A stretch of 64,000 nucleotides of DNA from Pristiophorus japonicus (Eukaryota), in contig NC_091983.1 of NCBI RefSeq assembly GCF_044704955.1, forward strand, positions 192,634,001-192,698,000, read 5' to 3'. Positions 1-12,358 of the stretch are shown here, piece by piece; position 1 is the stretch's first letter, and the number at the start of each line of letters is the position of its first letter. The notes under the pieces were generated by a model. The model worked only from the letters and a program-made list of their open reading frames with translations, had not been told where the DNA came from and ran no database searches. Made by a program: the position numbers and the translations under genes.

Positions 1-2501
1 TGCAGAGCATTTCCTCAAAATAAATAAATAACGGAGAGTACGCGCGTGTCAACAATGCGCCAAGGGAGGCAACCTTCCACTTGGAGCAATTAAAAATCAG
101 TTCTTACAATTTCCAATCTGAACCAAGCCTCTTAGAAACGCTTCATGCCCTCTGTTTCTATGATTCAATGGTTGCCACAAGTGTACAAGCTGAAACTGCA
201 GAAGTGGAGAAGCGGGTCACCTCCCCGGTGTGAAATCTGGGAACTACAATATTAATACTTCACTTTATCAATTTGTATATGGAGTAAATGGATATTGCAC
301 CAACCTATGAACTGCTGCCTATGAATGCTCCTGTAGTTACTTTAGGTGCAATGCCAGATTCAATGGCCATAACATAAATGTTGGTGTTTGTCATATAATG
401 AGTTTTAATTGGCGTGCGGATGCTTTTATGATTTAACAAATCAGGAAGTGGTATAATACGATGAATTGATATAAATATAAATGTAGCGCCCCATCAGTAC
501 GAGAACATAAAATAATCGGTAAGTTAATTAGACACAAGCAATTAAACTATCTCTTTCCGTTGGTTTTCAGTACTGAAAGAATGTTCTCCTGCCTGTTCGC
601 ATTAAAAACTATTGAGAAGGAAAGAGTCAAACAGACTGCCTGAGAACTGTAATGTTAACTTTCAATGGTCTGCCAGTTTACCGGGCTGCGTCTCTCCCCA
701 CAGGTTTAGTCGATTACATCATGGGCAAAGTATGCTTGGGTGCCATGAGAATCAAAGCCGTGACAATTGTCGGCTATTTAATTCGACTGTATTCCTTGCA
801 ACTCATACTCACCGATTTTAAACAGGGGGAAACTCTCCCCTCCTCAGTTTAACTAGACGACATTATTGTTGAGACGGGCTGATCAAACCGTTGACCGCCA
901 ACCGCAGGTTTTCTACACTACAATAAAGCCACCTTAACGATTTTCCTAATTAATAGATAACATCTTCCACTAGATGAGAGCTGATGTATTCTGCTCCAGC
1001 TTATTCTTTGTTAACCTCCTAATTAACTTTCGTAGGTCACTCGGGTCTCCCCAACCTAAAAGTGAAGGGAGGCTTTGTGCTACGAGTTGTAAACTTACTC
1101 TTTTTTTTGGCTCGAACGAGAGATTAAGCACAAAAAGACTCAATTTAGGCCTGATTGTGTCTGCACACAGCATATACATTTCTGCCAGGTTCATAAACCC
1201 ATTTTATGTTCACTATTCTTCGTGAGTAATTGCGATTTTGGAGAGGAGTGAGTTGCCTTACCACTCTGCATTTTTTTTAAATGACCACAAACACATATAG
1301 AACGCTTTATTTTAATAGTAGTAAAGGTCAGGCAATAGATTTGCTAAATGAGCTGGGTAAGTAAGGCTACAAGCCGCCATACTCCGTTACTGGATTCTTG
1401 AAATTGTTCTGTGCATAACCCAAAAATTGTACAAGTAACAAGTAACAGAGGATTCTGAATATAAAGAAAGGTACCAGGTCCAGGTTCAAACTGACATTAC
1501 AGTCAGTAAAATACAAACTGCAGTTTAGGAGCGTCCCTCCTCTAGTGACGAATGAAATCTAGCATTTGGCTGTACAGTACACCGCTTTTCATGTGACTCT
1601 CTGCATCGACGCAAATCAGCATTTGCAGCAAATCCTTTGCACTTTCCGTGTGCCAGTGCATTCCTGCACTTGTGTCTGTAAGAAAAGGCGATTTTCTCAC
1701 ACTCATTAGAGACGTACCTAGACGCAAGGGAGAGTCAAGCTCCGAGCCTGTCCGCCACTCCGACAAGTCACCTCATAGAGCAAAAACACGGGGATGATTT
1801 TGAAAAGAAATTGACTTTTGTTTCGAGTTTGTGAAAACTCGGAATCAGGCCGGGGACAATGGGACTCCCCGTGGTGCTGAATGACTGGAGCCATCTCGAA
1901 TCAGTCAGCCAAGGCACCAATTAATCCGCTCTTTGTGAGCTCCGAGCCAGCTCGGCCACAGCCACCACATTGCATTCGGCCATTGTTCAGACCTTCATGT
2001 GGCGGGATTTATCCATTTCAACAGGAAAGTTTTGTCTAAAATAGTTCGAGCGGAAGTTTCTCACTGACAATTTGCCCCAAATAGATAGATTTGCCGTGGC
2101 CCGACCTGCAGCAGGTTCGGCAACAGTGTTGTGCCACATCGCAGAAGTAAACTTGAGTTTTGTTTTTAATTTATTTTAAATTTACCGTACCGACACCTTT
2201 AAGGTGTTAGTGCTGATGGCAATGTATTATTAAAGGGGAGTGGTCCTTGTAGCTGGTTTATCAAACTGAACGGCCCTCTCGGACAGTCACCTGTAACCTT
2301 ATGGTAACCCTATTATACCGTCTCCATTTAGTTACAATGCCAAAAACATATAAAGCTATAAAAGTCTGCAGGCATAATACTGTAATTAATTTTATTAAAT
2401 ATTATTTATTATTAGCGCCGTTCATTGTTAAACACAAACTAGTAACTTTCACAGAGAGTTGGTATGAAATGTCTCTTCGGGGTCAAGTTGGTTCCAAGAT
2501 A

Positions 2502-2655
2502 TAACACAACAACTTATATTTATATAGCGCCTTTAACGTAGTAAAACATCCCAAGGCGCTTCACAGGGGTGTTATAAGACAAAAACAAATTGACACCGAG
2601 CCACATAAGGAGAAATGAGGGCAGGTAACCAAAAGCTTGGTTAAAGAGGTAGGCC
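2502..2655 (-). mobile_element. L2-type LINE 3' end fragment
   Basis: caacaacttatatttatatagcgcctttaacgtagtaaaacatcccaaggcgcttcacagg. The same tail recurs near 31795 and 39760. Confidence 0.7.
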
Positions 2656-4427
2656 TGCCAATGGGAGAACATTCCAATGCGGGCACGAAAATCCAATGCT
2701 TGAGCTAAGCAAAGCCATCCTACTACAGGGCGCCCTCGATTATCGATCCGCTCGACTGGACCTGCCGTTGTGACTGGGATCCTTCGTACTTCGTGCCTTG
2801 TTGACACCGCAAATCAATATTCTAACGCAATGGGTGATCCTGGCGAGAAATGTTGCGGTGCTCAATGTCTCTAAAGTGCATGCTTGGAGCTTGTTAAACT
2901 CCAGCAGTGCCCTGCCGACACTTGCGGCCCCGAAGGCTTTCCTTTTGCCAATTTGTTCTTGCATTCTTTAGCTTTAAGTAAGTACAACATGGAGAAAATG
3001 TTTATTCCATATTGGGCAAACAGAAACTAACTGTGTGGATTCCTCAGTAGTTGGGTTTGGAGATCCTTAAGCATGTTAACTGTTTCAGGTATTTTACAAA
3101 TATTGTGTAAATGACCCAGGGCCAGTTACTTGACTTTTACATGAAAACTAAAGAAACACTGGCACTATCTCCTTAAGTGTAACCATGAACAATGCCACTG
3201 TCACTTTAAGAACTCATTGAATTTGTCTCCTTGCACTAAGTTTAAATTGGTTGTAGGTAAATGTAAATCAATCACGTAATACAACTCGGAGCAAAACCCC
3301 CGAGACTGAGCGATATTACTCCCTGTAAAAAGGCTATAAAAGAAATATTTGTATTTACAAAGTGGCTTTCACAATCCAGAAAGTCCCAAAACGATTTACT
3401 GCCAATGAAGTACTTTTTAAAGTGGAGTCACGGTTATAATGGCTGAAGAGCTCCTCCCAGAGAATCCGTCCATTACGGGGTACAACGGACATGATCTGCA
3501 TGGCGTGACAACTGCAAGAGAAATGCAGGGAACCGCACCAACCCTTGTACAGGCCTTCTTTGACCTCACAAAGGCCTTTGACACTGTTAGCCATGAGGGA
3601 CTATGGAGCATCCTCCTCCCTTTCGGCTGTCCCCAAAAGTTTTTCGCCATCCTCTGCCTGCTCCACGACGACACGCAAGCCATGATCTTGACCAACAGAG
3701 CCACCACAAACCCAATGCACGTCGGGACTGGGGCCAAGCCAGGCTGCGTCATTGCACCAACCCTCTTCTCAATGCTCCATCTCACGTTCAACAAGCTCCT
3801 CGCTGGAGTGGAACTAAACTATAGAACCAGTGGGAGCCTGTTCAACCTTCATTGCCTCCAGGCTAGATTCAAGGTCGTCCCATCCTCTGTCATCAAACTA
3901 CAGTACGCGGATGATGCTTGCATCTGCGCACATTCAGAGGCTGAACTCTAAGCCTTCATCAACATCTTCACCGAGGCATACGAAAGCATGGGCCTTACAC
4001 TAAACATCCATAAGACAAAGGTCCTCCACCAACCTGACCCTGCCACATAGCACTGCCCCCCGATCATCAAAATCCAAGTGCGGCCTTGGACAAAGTGGGC
4101 TAGCTACTTTCCATATCTCGGAAGCCTACTATCAGCAAGGACAGACATTGACTACAAAGTCCAACACCGCCGCCAGTGCGCCAGTGCAGCCTTCGGTCCC
4201 CTGAGGAAGAGGGTGTTCAAAGACCAGAACCACAAATCTGGCACCAAGCATATGGTCTACAGGGCTGTAGTGATACCCGCCCTCCTTTATGGCTCAGAGA
4301 TGTAGACCATATACAGTAGACACATCAAATTGCTGGAGAAATACCACCAACGCTGTCTCCGCAAGATCCTGTAAATCCCCTGGGAGGATAGATGCACCAA
4401 CATCAGTGTTCTCGATCAGGCCAACAT

Positions 4428-7292
4428 AGAAACATAGAAACATAGAAAATAGGTGCAGGAGCAGGCCATTCGGCCCTTCGAGCCTGCACCACCATTCAAT
4501 ATGATCATGGATGATCATGCAACTTCAGTACCCCATTCCTGCCTTCTCTCCATACCCCCTAATCCCTTTAGCCATAAGGGCCACATCTAACTCCATTTTG
4601 AATATATCCAATTAACTGGACTCAACAACTTTCTGTGGTAGAGAATTCAATAGGTTCACAATTCTCTGGGTGAAAAAGTTTCTCCTCATCTTGGTCCCAG
4701 ATGGCTTACCCCTATCCTTAGACTGTGACCCCTGGTTCTGGACTTCCCCAACATCAGGAACATTCTTCCTGCATCTAACCTGTCCAATCCCATCAGAATT
4801 TTATATGCTTCTATGAGATTCCCACTCATTCTTCTAAATTCCAGTGAATATAAGCCGAGCCAATCCTATCTTTCTTCATATGTCAGTCCTGCCATCCCGG
4901 GAATCAGTCTGGTGAACCTTCGCTGCATTCCCTCAATAGCAAGAATGTCCTTCCTCAGATTAGGAGACCAAAACTACACACAATACTCAAGGTGTGGTCT
5001 CACCAAGGCCCTGTACAACTGCAGTAAGACCTCCCTGCTCCTATACTCAAATCCTTTCACTATGAAGGCCAACATGCCATTTGCTTTCTTTACTGCCTGC
5101 TGTACCTGCATGCCTACTTTCAATAACTGATGTACCATGACACCCAGGTCTCGTTGCACCTCCCCTTTTACTAATCTGGCACCATTCAGATAATAATCTG
5201 CCTTCCTGTTTTTGCCACTAAAGTGGATAACCTCACATTTATCCACATTATAGTGCATCTGCCATGCATTTGCCCACTCACCTAACCTGTCCAAGTCACC
5301 CTGCAGCCTCTTAGCATCCTCCTCACAGCTCACACTGCCACCCACCTTAGTGTCATCTGAAAACTTGGAGATATTACATTCAATTCTTTTGTCTAAATCA
5401 TTAATATATATTATAAATAGCTGGGGTCCCAGCACTGAACCTTGCGGTAACCCACTAGTCACTGCCTGCCATTTTGAAAAGGACCCATTTATTCCCACTC
5501 TTTCCTTCCTGTCTGCCAACCAGTTCTCTATCCACGTCAATACATTACCCCCAATACCATGTGCTTTAATTTTGCACACTAATCTCTTGTGTGGGACCTT
5601 GTCAAAAGCCTTTTGAAAGTCCAAATACACCACATCCACTGGTTCTCCCTTATCCCCTCTACTAGTTACATCCTCAAAAAATTCTAGAAGATTTGTCAAG
5701 CATGATTGCCCTTTCATAAATCCATGCTGACTTGGACCGATCCCATCACTGCTTTCCAAATGCGCTGCTATTATATCTTTAATAATTGATTCCAGCAGTT
5801 TCCCACTACCGATGACAGGCTAACCGGTCTATAATTCCCTGTTTTCTCTCTCCTTCCTTTTTTTTAAAGTGGGGTTACATTAGCTGCTCTCCAATCCATA
5901 GGAACCAATCCAGAGTCCATGAAATGTTGGAAAATGATCACCAATGCATCCACTATTTCTAGGGCCACTTCCTTAAGTACTCTAGGATGCAGACCATCAG
6001 GCCCTGGGGATTTATCGGCCTTCAATCCCATCAATTTCCCGAACATCATTTCCTGACTAATAAGGATTTCCCTCGGTTCCCTCAGTTCGTCCTTCTCGCT
6101 AGACCCTCAGTCCCCTAGTATTTTCGGGAGGTTAGTGAAGACAGAACCAAAGTATTTGTTCAATTGGTCTGCCATTTCCTTGTTACCCATTATGAATTCA
6201 CCTGATTCTGACTGCAAGGGACCAACATTAGTCTTCACTAATCTTTTTCTCTTCACATATCTATAGAAGCTTTTGCAGTCAGTTTTTATGTTCCCTGCAA
6301 GCTTACTCTCATACTCTATTTTCCCCCTCTTAATTAAACCTTTAGTTCTCCTCTGCTGAATTCTAAATTTCTCCCAGTCCTCAGGTTTGCTGCTTTTTTT
6401 GCCCAATTTATATGCCTCTTCCTTGGATTTAAAACTATCCCTAATTTCCCTTGTTAGCCACGGTTGAGCCACCTTCCCTGTTTTATTCTTATGCCAGACA
6501 GGGATGTACAATTGTTGTAGTTCATCTATGTGCTCTTTAAATGTCTGCCATTGCCTATCTACCGTCAACCCTTTAAGTATCATTCACCAGTCCAGCTTAG
6601 CCAATTCACGTCTCATACCAGCAAAGTTACCTTTCTTTAAGTTCAGGACCCTAGTCTCTGAATTAACTGTGTCACTCTCCATCTTAATGAAGAATTCTAC
6701 CATATTATGGTCACTCTTCCCCAAGGGGCCTCGCATGACAAGATTGCTAATTAATCCTCTCTCATTACACAACACCCAGTCTAGGATGGCCTTAGCTCTA
6801 GTTGGTTTCTCGACATATTGGTCTAGAAAACTATCCCTTATACACTCCAGGAAATCCTCCTCCACAGTATTGCTACTGGTTTGGTTAGCCCAATCTATAT
6901 GTAGATTAAAGTCACCCATGATAACGACTGTACCTTTATGGCACGCATCCCTAATTTCCTGTTTGATGCCATCCCCAACCTCACTACTACTGTTTGGTGG
7001 TCTGTACACAACTCCCACTAACATTTTCTGCCCTTTGGTGTTTTGCAGCTCCAACCATATAGATTCTACATCATCCAAGCTAATGTCCTTCCTTACTATT
7101 GCGTTCATCTCCTCTTTAACCAGTAACTCTACCCAACCTCCTTTTCCTTTCTGTCTATCCTTCCTGAATATTGAGTTCCCCTGGATGTTGAGTTCCTAGC
7201 CTTGGTTACCCTGGAGCCATGTCCCCGTAATCCCAATTACATCATATCCGTTAACAGCTATCTGCGCACTTAATTCATCCACCTTATTTTGG
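4428..7292 (-). mobile_element. CR1 LINE, nearly complete ORF2 (APE and RT), disrupted and 5'-truncated
   Basis: ORFs 6584-7108 (YRPP, GDFN, SDH), 6107-6583, 5864-6049 and 4974-5759 (YLDFQKAFDKV, PQGSVLGP, FSDD). Tail reads (CATAGAAA)n on +. AACAT flanks both ends. Confidence 0.92.
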
Positions 7293-7686
7293 AACATTCC
7301 CAACATCGAAGCACTGACCACACTCAACCAGCTCCGTTGGGGGCCACCTCGTCTGCATGCCTGATACAAGACTCCCAAAGCAAGCACTCTACTTGGAACT
7401 CCTACATGGCAAGCGAGCTCCAGGTGGGCAGAGGAAACGTTTCAAGGACACCCTCAAAGCCTCCTTATAATGTGCAACATTCCCACCGAGACCTGGGAAT
7501 CCCTGGCCAAAGACCGCCCTAAGTGGAGGAAGAGCATCTGGGGGGGGCGGGTGCTGAGCACCTCGAGTCTCGTTGCCGAGAGCATGCAGAAAACAAGCGC
7601 AGGCAGCGAAGGAGCGTTCGGCAAACCAGGCTCCCCACCCACCCTTTCCTTCAACGACTGTCTGTCACACCTGTGACAGTGACATT

Positions 7687-8431
7687 GGGGCAGAGATCCC
7701 GGTCGAGGTCTTCTTGTGGGGCAACCACTGAAAAAAGAAAAAAAAATGCGCCCACTCGAGATCCCGATCCTGAGGCCTTCACTCCCTGCGCGTCGCAGTG
7801 TGTGCTCGTAGAGACGTCCGTAAGCTGGAGCTGGAGTCACATGGCTCTGGGCAGCCAATCAAGGTACAGTATTTTCTCATTCACAATGATGGGAACTCTG
7901 TAAGTTGGAGTTCCCATTATGATGAATGAGAAACCTCCCAAACACCCAAAACACTAACAAATAGAAAATATACACTACATATTTAAGATCAACTTAAATT
8001 AAAGTTATTAATGTCTTATAAAAAATTTTTTATCCGATTTTTAAAAAAGTTTTGAAAATTATGCTTTAAAATAAACTTACCATAGTGGGGAGGGTTTTTA
8101 ACAATAACATGTGTTTTCATAACTTTATTTTAAAATGTTTTTGTGTATTTTTAAACATTTGTACCTGTAAAAGTAGGCTATATGTCTGCTTTTATTAGGC
8201 GCAAGAATTTTGAGGACATTTGCTGGGCAAGATATGTGTAAATCCTGCAATTTTGCCCAAGCAAATGTCCTCGCTCCCGATCTGCGGAGGATCTGTTAAG
8301 CTCCAGCTTGACAGATCGGAAAAGCCGGTTTTCAGCGCATGCGCATTGCGCGCAGAAAACCGGCTTTTCTGATGCCTTCCCGGGTCTGTAGAAACTTTGT
8401 ACGGGCCCGCGATGCCAGAATTTCTACCCCC
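7687..8431. mobile_element. Non-autonomous TIR element (MITE, possibly PIF/Harbinger-type) with two internal hairpins
   Basis: Imperfect TIRs ggggcagagatcccgg and ccagaatttctacccc. It interrupts the RTE 3' region with a 2-3 bp duplication (AT or CAT). Hairpins at 7873-7933 and 8319-8369. Confidence 0.7.
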
Positions 8432-11400
8432 ATAAATCCCGTATTGGACTGTACAGTCACCTGAGAACTCACTTTTAGAGTGGAAGCAAATCTTCCTCGA
8501 TTTCAAGGGACTGCCTATGATGATGATGGAGGAAATGCGGCAAAGTGCCCACAGCAAGATCACACAAACAGCAATGTGATAATGACCAGATAATCTGTTT
8601 TGTTAGTGGTGCTGGTTGGGGGATAAATATTGGCCAGGATACTGGGGACAACTCCCCTGCTCTTCTTCGAAATAGTACCATGGGATATTTTACATCCAAC
8701 TGAGATAGCAGACAGGGCCTCGGTTTAACGTCTCATCCGAAAGACGGCACCTCCGACAGTGCAGCGCTCTCTCAGTACTGCATTGAAGTGTCAGCCGAGA
8801 TTTTGTGCTCAATATTGCGGGGGGGGGGGGGGCGGGGGGAAGCTACCGGGGCAAATGTATTAAGGAGGGAGGTGTATGTGTTACAACAATCGATGTAAAA
8901 TTAATTGATTACAACGTAAAAGGGGATTTTTCTTCGAGATAGATTGAATTGAGATATAATTTGAAAATAAAACTGAAAATGCTTTTCAATCGAACTGGAT
9001 TGATGTTTAAAGTAGGATAAAAACTTGTCACCAGGACTATACATTTCAGATATGTGATATTTTGAAGATCTAATATATTTTCATTTACAGCAATAAAACC
9101 CAGTATTTCTTGCTCTATTTTTTTCAAGACAAACCTTGGATTCGGCTAATTTATTGATATAAATTATTGCGCTTTAGACGCTGTTTACCTGGACGAGGAC
9201 GTGTAAGATGGGTGTGGGTGGGTACTAGCCTCTGCAAATTGCAGCAGCTTGCTGTCCATGCCAAGATGCTAGGAGTGTCACTGGAAATGCAATAGTTGGA
9301 ACTGACGCAACGAATACACTGTAGAGAGCATATTTCACATTAAATTCGCATAATTTGCATTACAGGTAGGCCAGTTTTTTTTAAATCAATGAGACACAAC
9401 AATGAAACCTCTTAGATTTGATCAAGGTACATAGACAGAGAGATAGCTTAACAGATGACCAGTCAAATACATACTGATGTTCTGCAATAACTTTTAAAAT
9501 AAGCTATAATGTAACATCCCAGCTCTTTCTGTCGATCTAAATCGGCATTCTGCTTTGTCAATTAAGTCCGCGCCAATACTTGCTTAAAATTTCTTTGTGA
9601 CGAGATTGAGTTTCACTTATTGATTTTACAACAGATTCTATAGGTTCAAGTGTATGATTGATCTTGCATTCAGTATAGTACCGTGCTGTAAGACTTCCAG
9701 TTTCTGTTACAGATTTGTTCTAAGAACCTCCAACTATTCGATAGATTTCGTCCCAAAATCAGCGTGTGCATGTTTGTTAAGGGACTGGAGGCACCATTTC
9801 AAATTTTCAGTTATATATTAAAAATGTACTTTAAATATCTTCGTCGCCCAATAAGAATTACTTTCTGGTTCCTTCAGCAAATCATCTCAATAGTTTGAAA
9901 GTGATGGAAAGTTTGGAGGTTAAAAACTTTTTGTTCTGCACAGTTACAGTTTATGATCAAACGCGTTCACCTGGTGAAGACTACCATTCCCTAACTGCAA
10001 ACACCAGCACGTTTTGTCGAATTACCTAATTGATCGTTTAATGCGGAATATTCTGGAGAGCAGTGAAAAATTGAAGTGCCCAAGGAAAAATAAGTTCAGA
10101 ATAAATTATTTAGTGACAATGAAAATTCACAGAATTATTTCAGAAGTGTTGCTTTAAAGATTTAAGATTTCGCAAGGGGTACTTTGCAAAATTAAATAAA
10201 AGTCTGCACTTGGTAATGTTTTACATGTGTTTATAATTTTGGTGTCATTTCAGCCTGATTTGTTGCTACTTTAAAGCGCAATGAACAATTGGAGTGATCG
10301 CCTAATTTGATGCCCGGGATTACAGAGGAACCTAATGATGCCATAACCTCACTGATCTGCACTCAAGTTTCCAAAATGGCATTAAACTATCTTCATAATG
10401 CGGGATTTTCGCGGGTCACGTGACCGGTGATGCTCGTTGGAGGAGCAGTGGGGACTGGCTGCCACTGCATTACTCGAGGGAGATTTATGTCACTAATAGA
10501 GCAAGAGAGATAACCGGCATCACCTAGAGGGGATCATAGTCAAACTCCTCGATAGATTTGGACAAGAGGATTTGCGCCAAAGCCAAACACATCAGTCCAC
10601 CGTGACCGATTTTACAGCACTGTCCACTCCAGCAAAGCCGCGGATCCTGCTCGTTATGTCGTTAGTAACTGTAGCAGATTAAAGGTGATGAAACTTTAGT
10701 AAGATTTGCGGCGCCCCGGGCCAAAACATTCCCAAGAACGAGCAAGAACAATGCCCTGAGCCTTTAATCACGAGTAGCCGATCGAGTGATAGCTCCGAAA
10801 ACGTATCGAACCACACATCACCCATCAGAGAGGTTAGCAACCTCTTGCTTCACAGGTTATCACCACTCGGAGGGGTCGATTTGACTTTAATTTCAACATG
10901 AAGAGCTAAGGAAACTCTGGCAGGGGGTCTTGCCTCCACAGCAGTTTCTGCATCATTTGAAATCGGCAGTACATCATTCACAGGGGATTGACGACCTTTT
11001 CATATTGCATTAAATTAATGAACAGTTTAGAATAGCTGCATATTGTTATGTTCGTTGCGACCACACTATACAAAAAGTCGATGTTTAGATATTAGTAGCA
11101 CATTACAAAGTCACAGCACTGGCTCTATGATGCTATGGAGACCATCCAAGACTTGACTTCCTGCATTGCACAGCGTCCGGTAAAATATTCAGAAGTTAGT
11201 GCTTCAGTTTTGTTATTGTATTTGTCAGTATTGTATTTGTCAGTCAGTCTCTAGCTGCAGAACCCCCCTCAATAGTACACGTTAAAATCGCGGGAGGGGA
11301 GTACTTTCTGCTAAGGTTGCCCACAGGTAACAACAAGTAAATATAATTTTACACATCGATATGCATTTCTACTCACCGGGTTGTGGTCTATAGCCAAGAA

Positions 11401-11589
11401 CTGTCGCTTTAAATGACATTTTATTGAAATGAAATCATTCTACCAGTTTTATTGCCGAGGACGGTGTAGGGAGCAGTGCATGTGCCTGCTCCTGTTCTCA
11501 CTCCAGTTTTAAGGACATGACCAGTGAGCCTGATGCAAAAGAGAAGCATTTCACTAAGGAGATTCTTTTCTATTTCGAGCAGGTGACAA

Positions 11590-12333
11590 AGCAGCGGCTT
11601 CCCCCCTCCCACTCCCTTCTCCCACCCCCACCACCTTCTTTTGTTTTTGCAACAAAAAAAGTCTTCTTATAACTTTAAAGCCTCGGGAAAGCTCGGAAAT
11701 GCCATTGGCATCTTACAAGCTGAAGGGCGCTGACGTAACAGTCTAATAGGGGTGAAAGAAAAAGCAATGAGATGCACCATGGAGACTGGGCAAGCAAGTT
11801 TGTACCCGCTCAAACCCCGTGTCTGTGTGAAAGCGCTGGAGTTCTAGCCCTGAGCCAGCAGCACAGTCACTGTACATCACCCGAATGCTCGAAAAAAACA
11901 AATCATAATCATTTAGTTCACGTTACCGGAAGCTGCTTGCAACTTGTTCCTTTCTGTACCAGTCAAATCGAAAGTTAGGACTCTATTTTTTTTATCCGCT
12001 GACAGCTCTGAGGATCGGAACTTCCAAAGGTTTGATGTATGACGGATGGTCCTTGTGAATCAACCGATCAAACCCTTCCTACTTTACAAGAAAGAGAGCG
12101 CGAGCTGGCCACTTATGGACGTCACCAGCTGAAGACTGACTGGTGGGAAAGCGCCTGATATTATTAGAAGTTACCGTTCGGCTTGTTGCGAGCAGAGAAC
12201 CGTCGGTGATCAGCGGAAAGAGAGTTATCGGATTCACTGTTGGACCAGCTATCGCCTCATGATATAGCCTGATTTATATATAGAGAGAGACATAAACGAC
12301 ATCCCAGCCATTCTCAGATCAAGGACCGCAAGA
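11590..12333 (+). promoter_or_regulatory. Putative nr2e1 proximal promoter and 5' leader
   Basis: Repeat-free, CpG-containing DNA directly upstream of the ATG. Contains a C-rich tract at 11601-11629 and a CRE-like TGACGTAA at 11731-11738. The TSS cannot be placed from sequence. Confidence 0.5.
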
Positions 12334-12358
12334 ATGAGCAAGCCCGCCGGATCAACAA
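12334..12358 (+). CDS. nr2e1: nr2e1 coding exon 1 (MSKPAGST, phase 1)
   Basis: agaATGAGCAAGCCCGCCGGATCAACAA|gtgggt. Matches the vertebrate TLX N-terminus, with A at -3. Confidence 0.93.

Larger units (their letters stand above)
3441..8528 (+). mobile_element. 5'-truncated RTE-clade LINE in three pieces (3441-4427, 7293-7686, 8432-8528)
   Basis: RT motifs AFFDLTKAFDTV, QYADD and YLGS. The 3' end is gagtggaagcaaatcttcctcgatttcaagggactgccta(tga)n. The frame is interrupted by stops. Confidence 0.88.
3343..8812 (-). mobile_element. Deu-domain SINE (SacSINE1/AmnSINE1-like) split into 3343-3442 and 8526-8812 by an RTE insertion
   Basis: The two halves join into the sequence of the intact copy at 26058-26492. 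ATGG is repeated at both junctions (3439-3442, 8526-8529). Confidence 0.8.

Noticed and set aside
612-2964. Short ORFs in the first 3 kb as host genes (for example ostm1 exons)
   Set aside because: No recognisable protein similarity or exon chain. The lengths are what six-frame noise would give.
6504-7199. Long antisense ORFs over LINE and LTR coding regions (also 51869-52480, 60946-61515)
   Set aside because: These are shadow frames of transposon ORFs with no independent features.
8819-8839. Poly-G run (and poly-C at 50035-50051) as functional elements
   Set aside because: Both are homopolymers at repeat junctions. Their length is unreliable and nothing supports a function.
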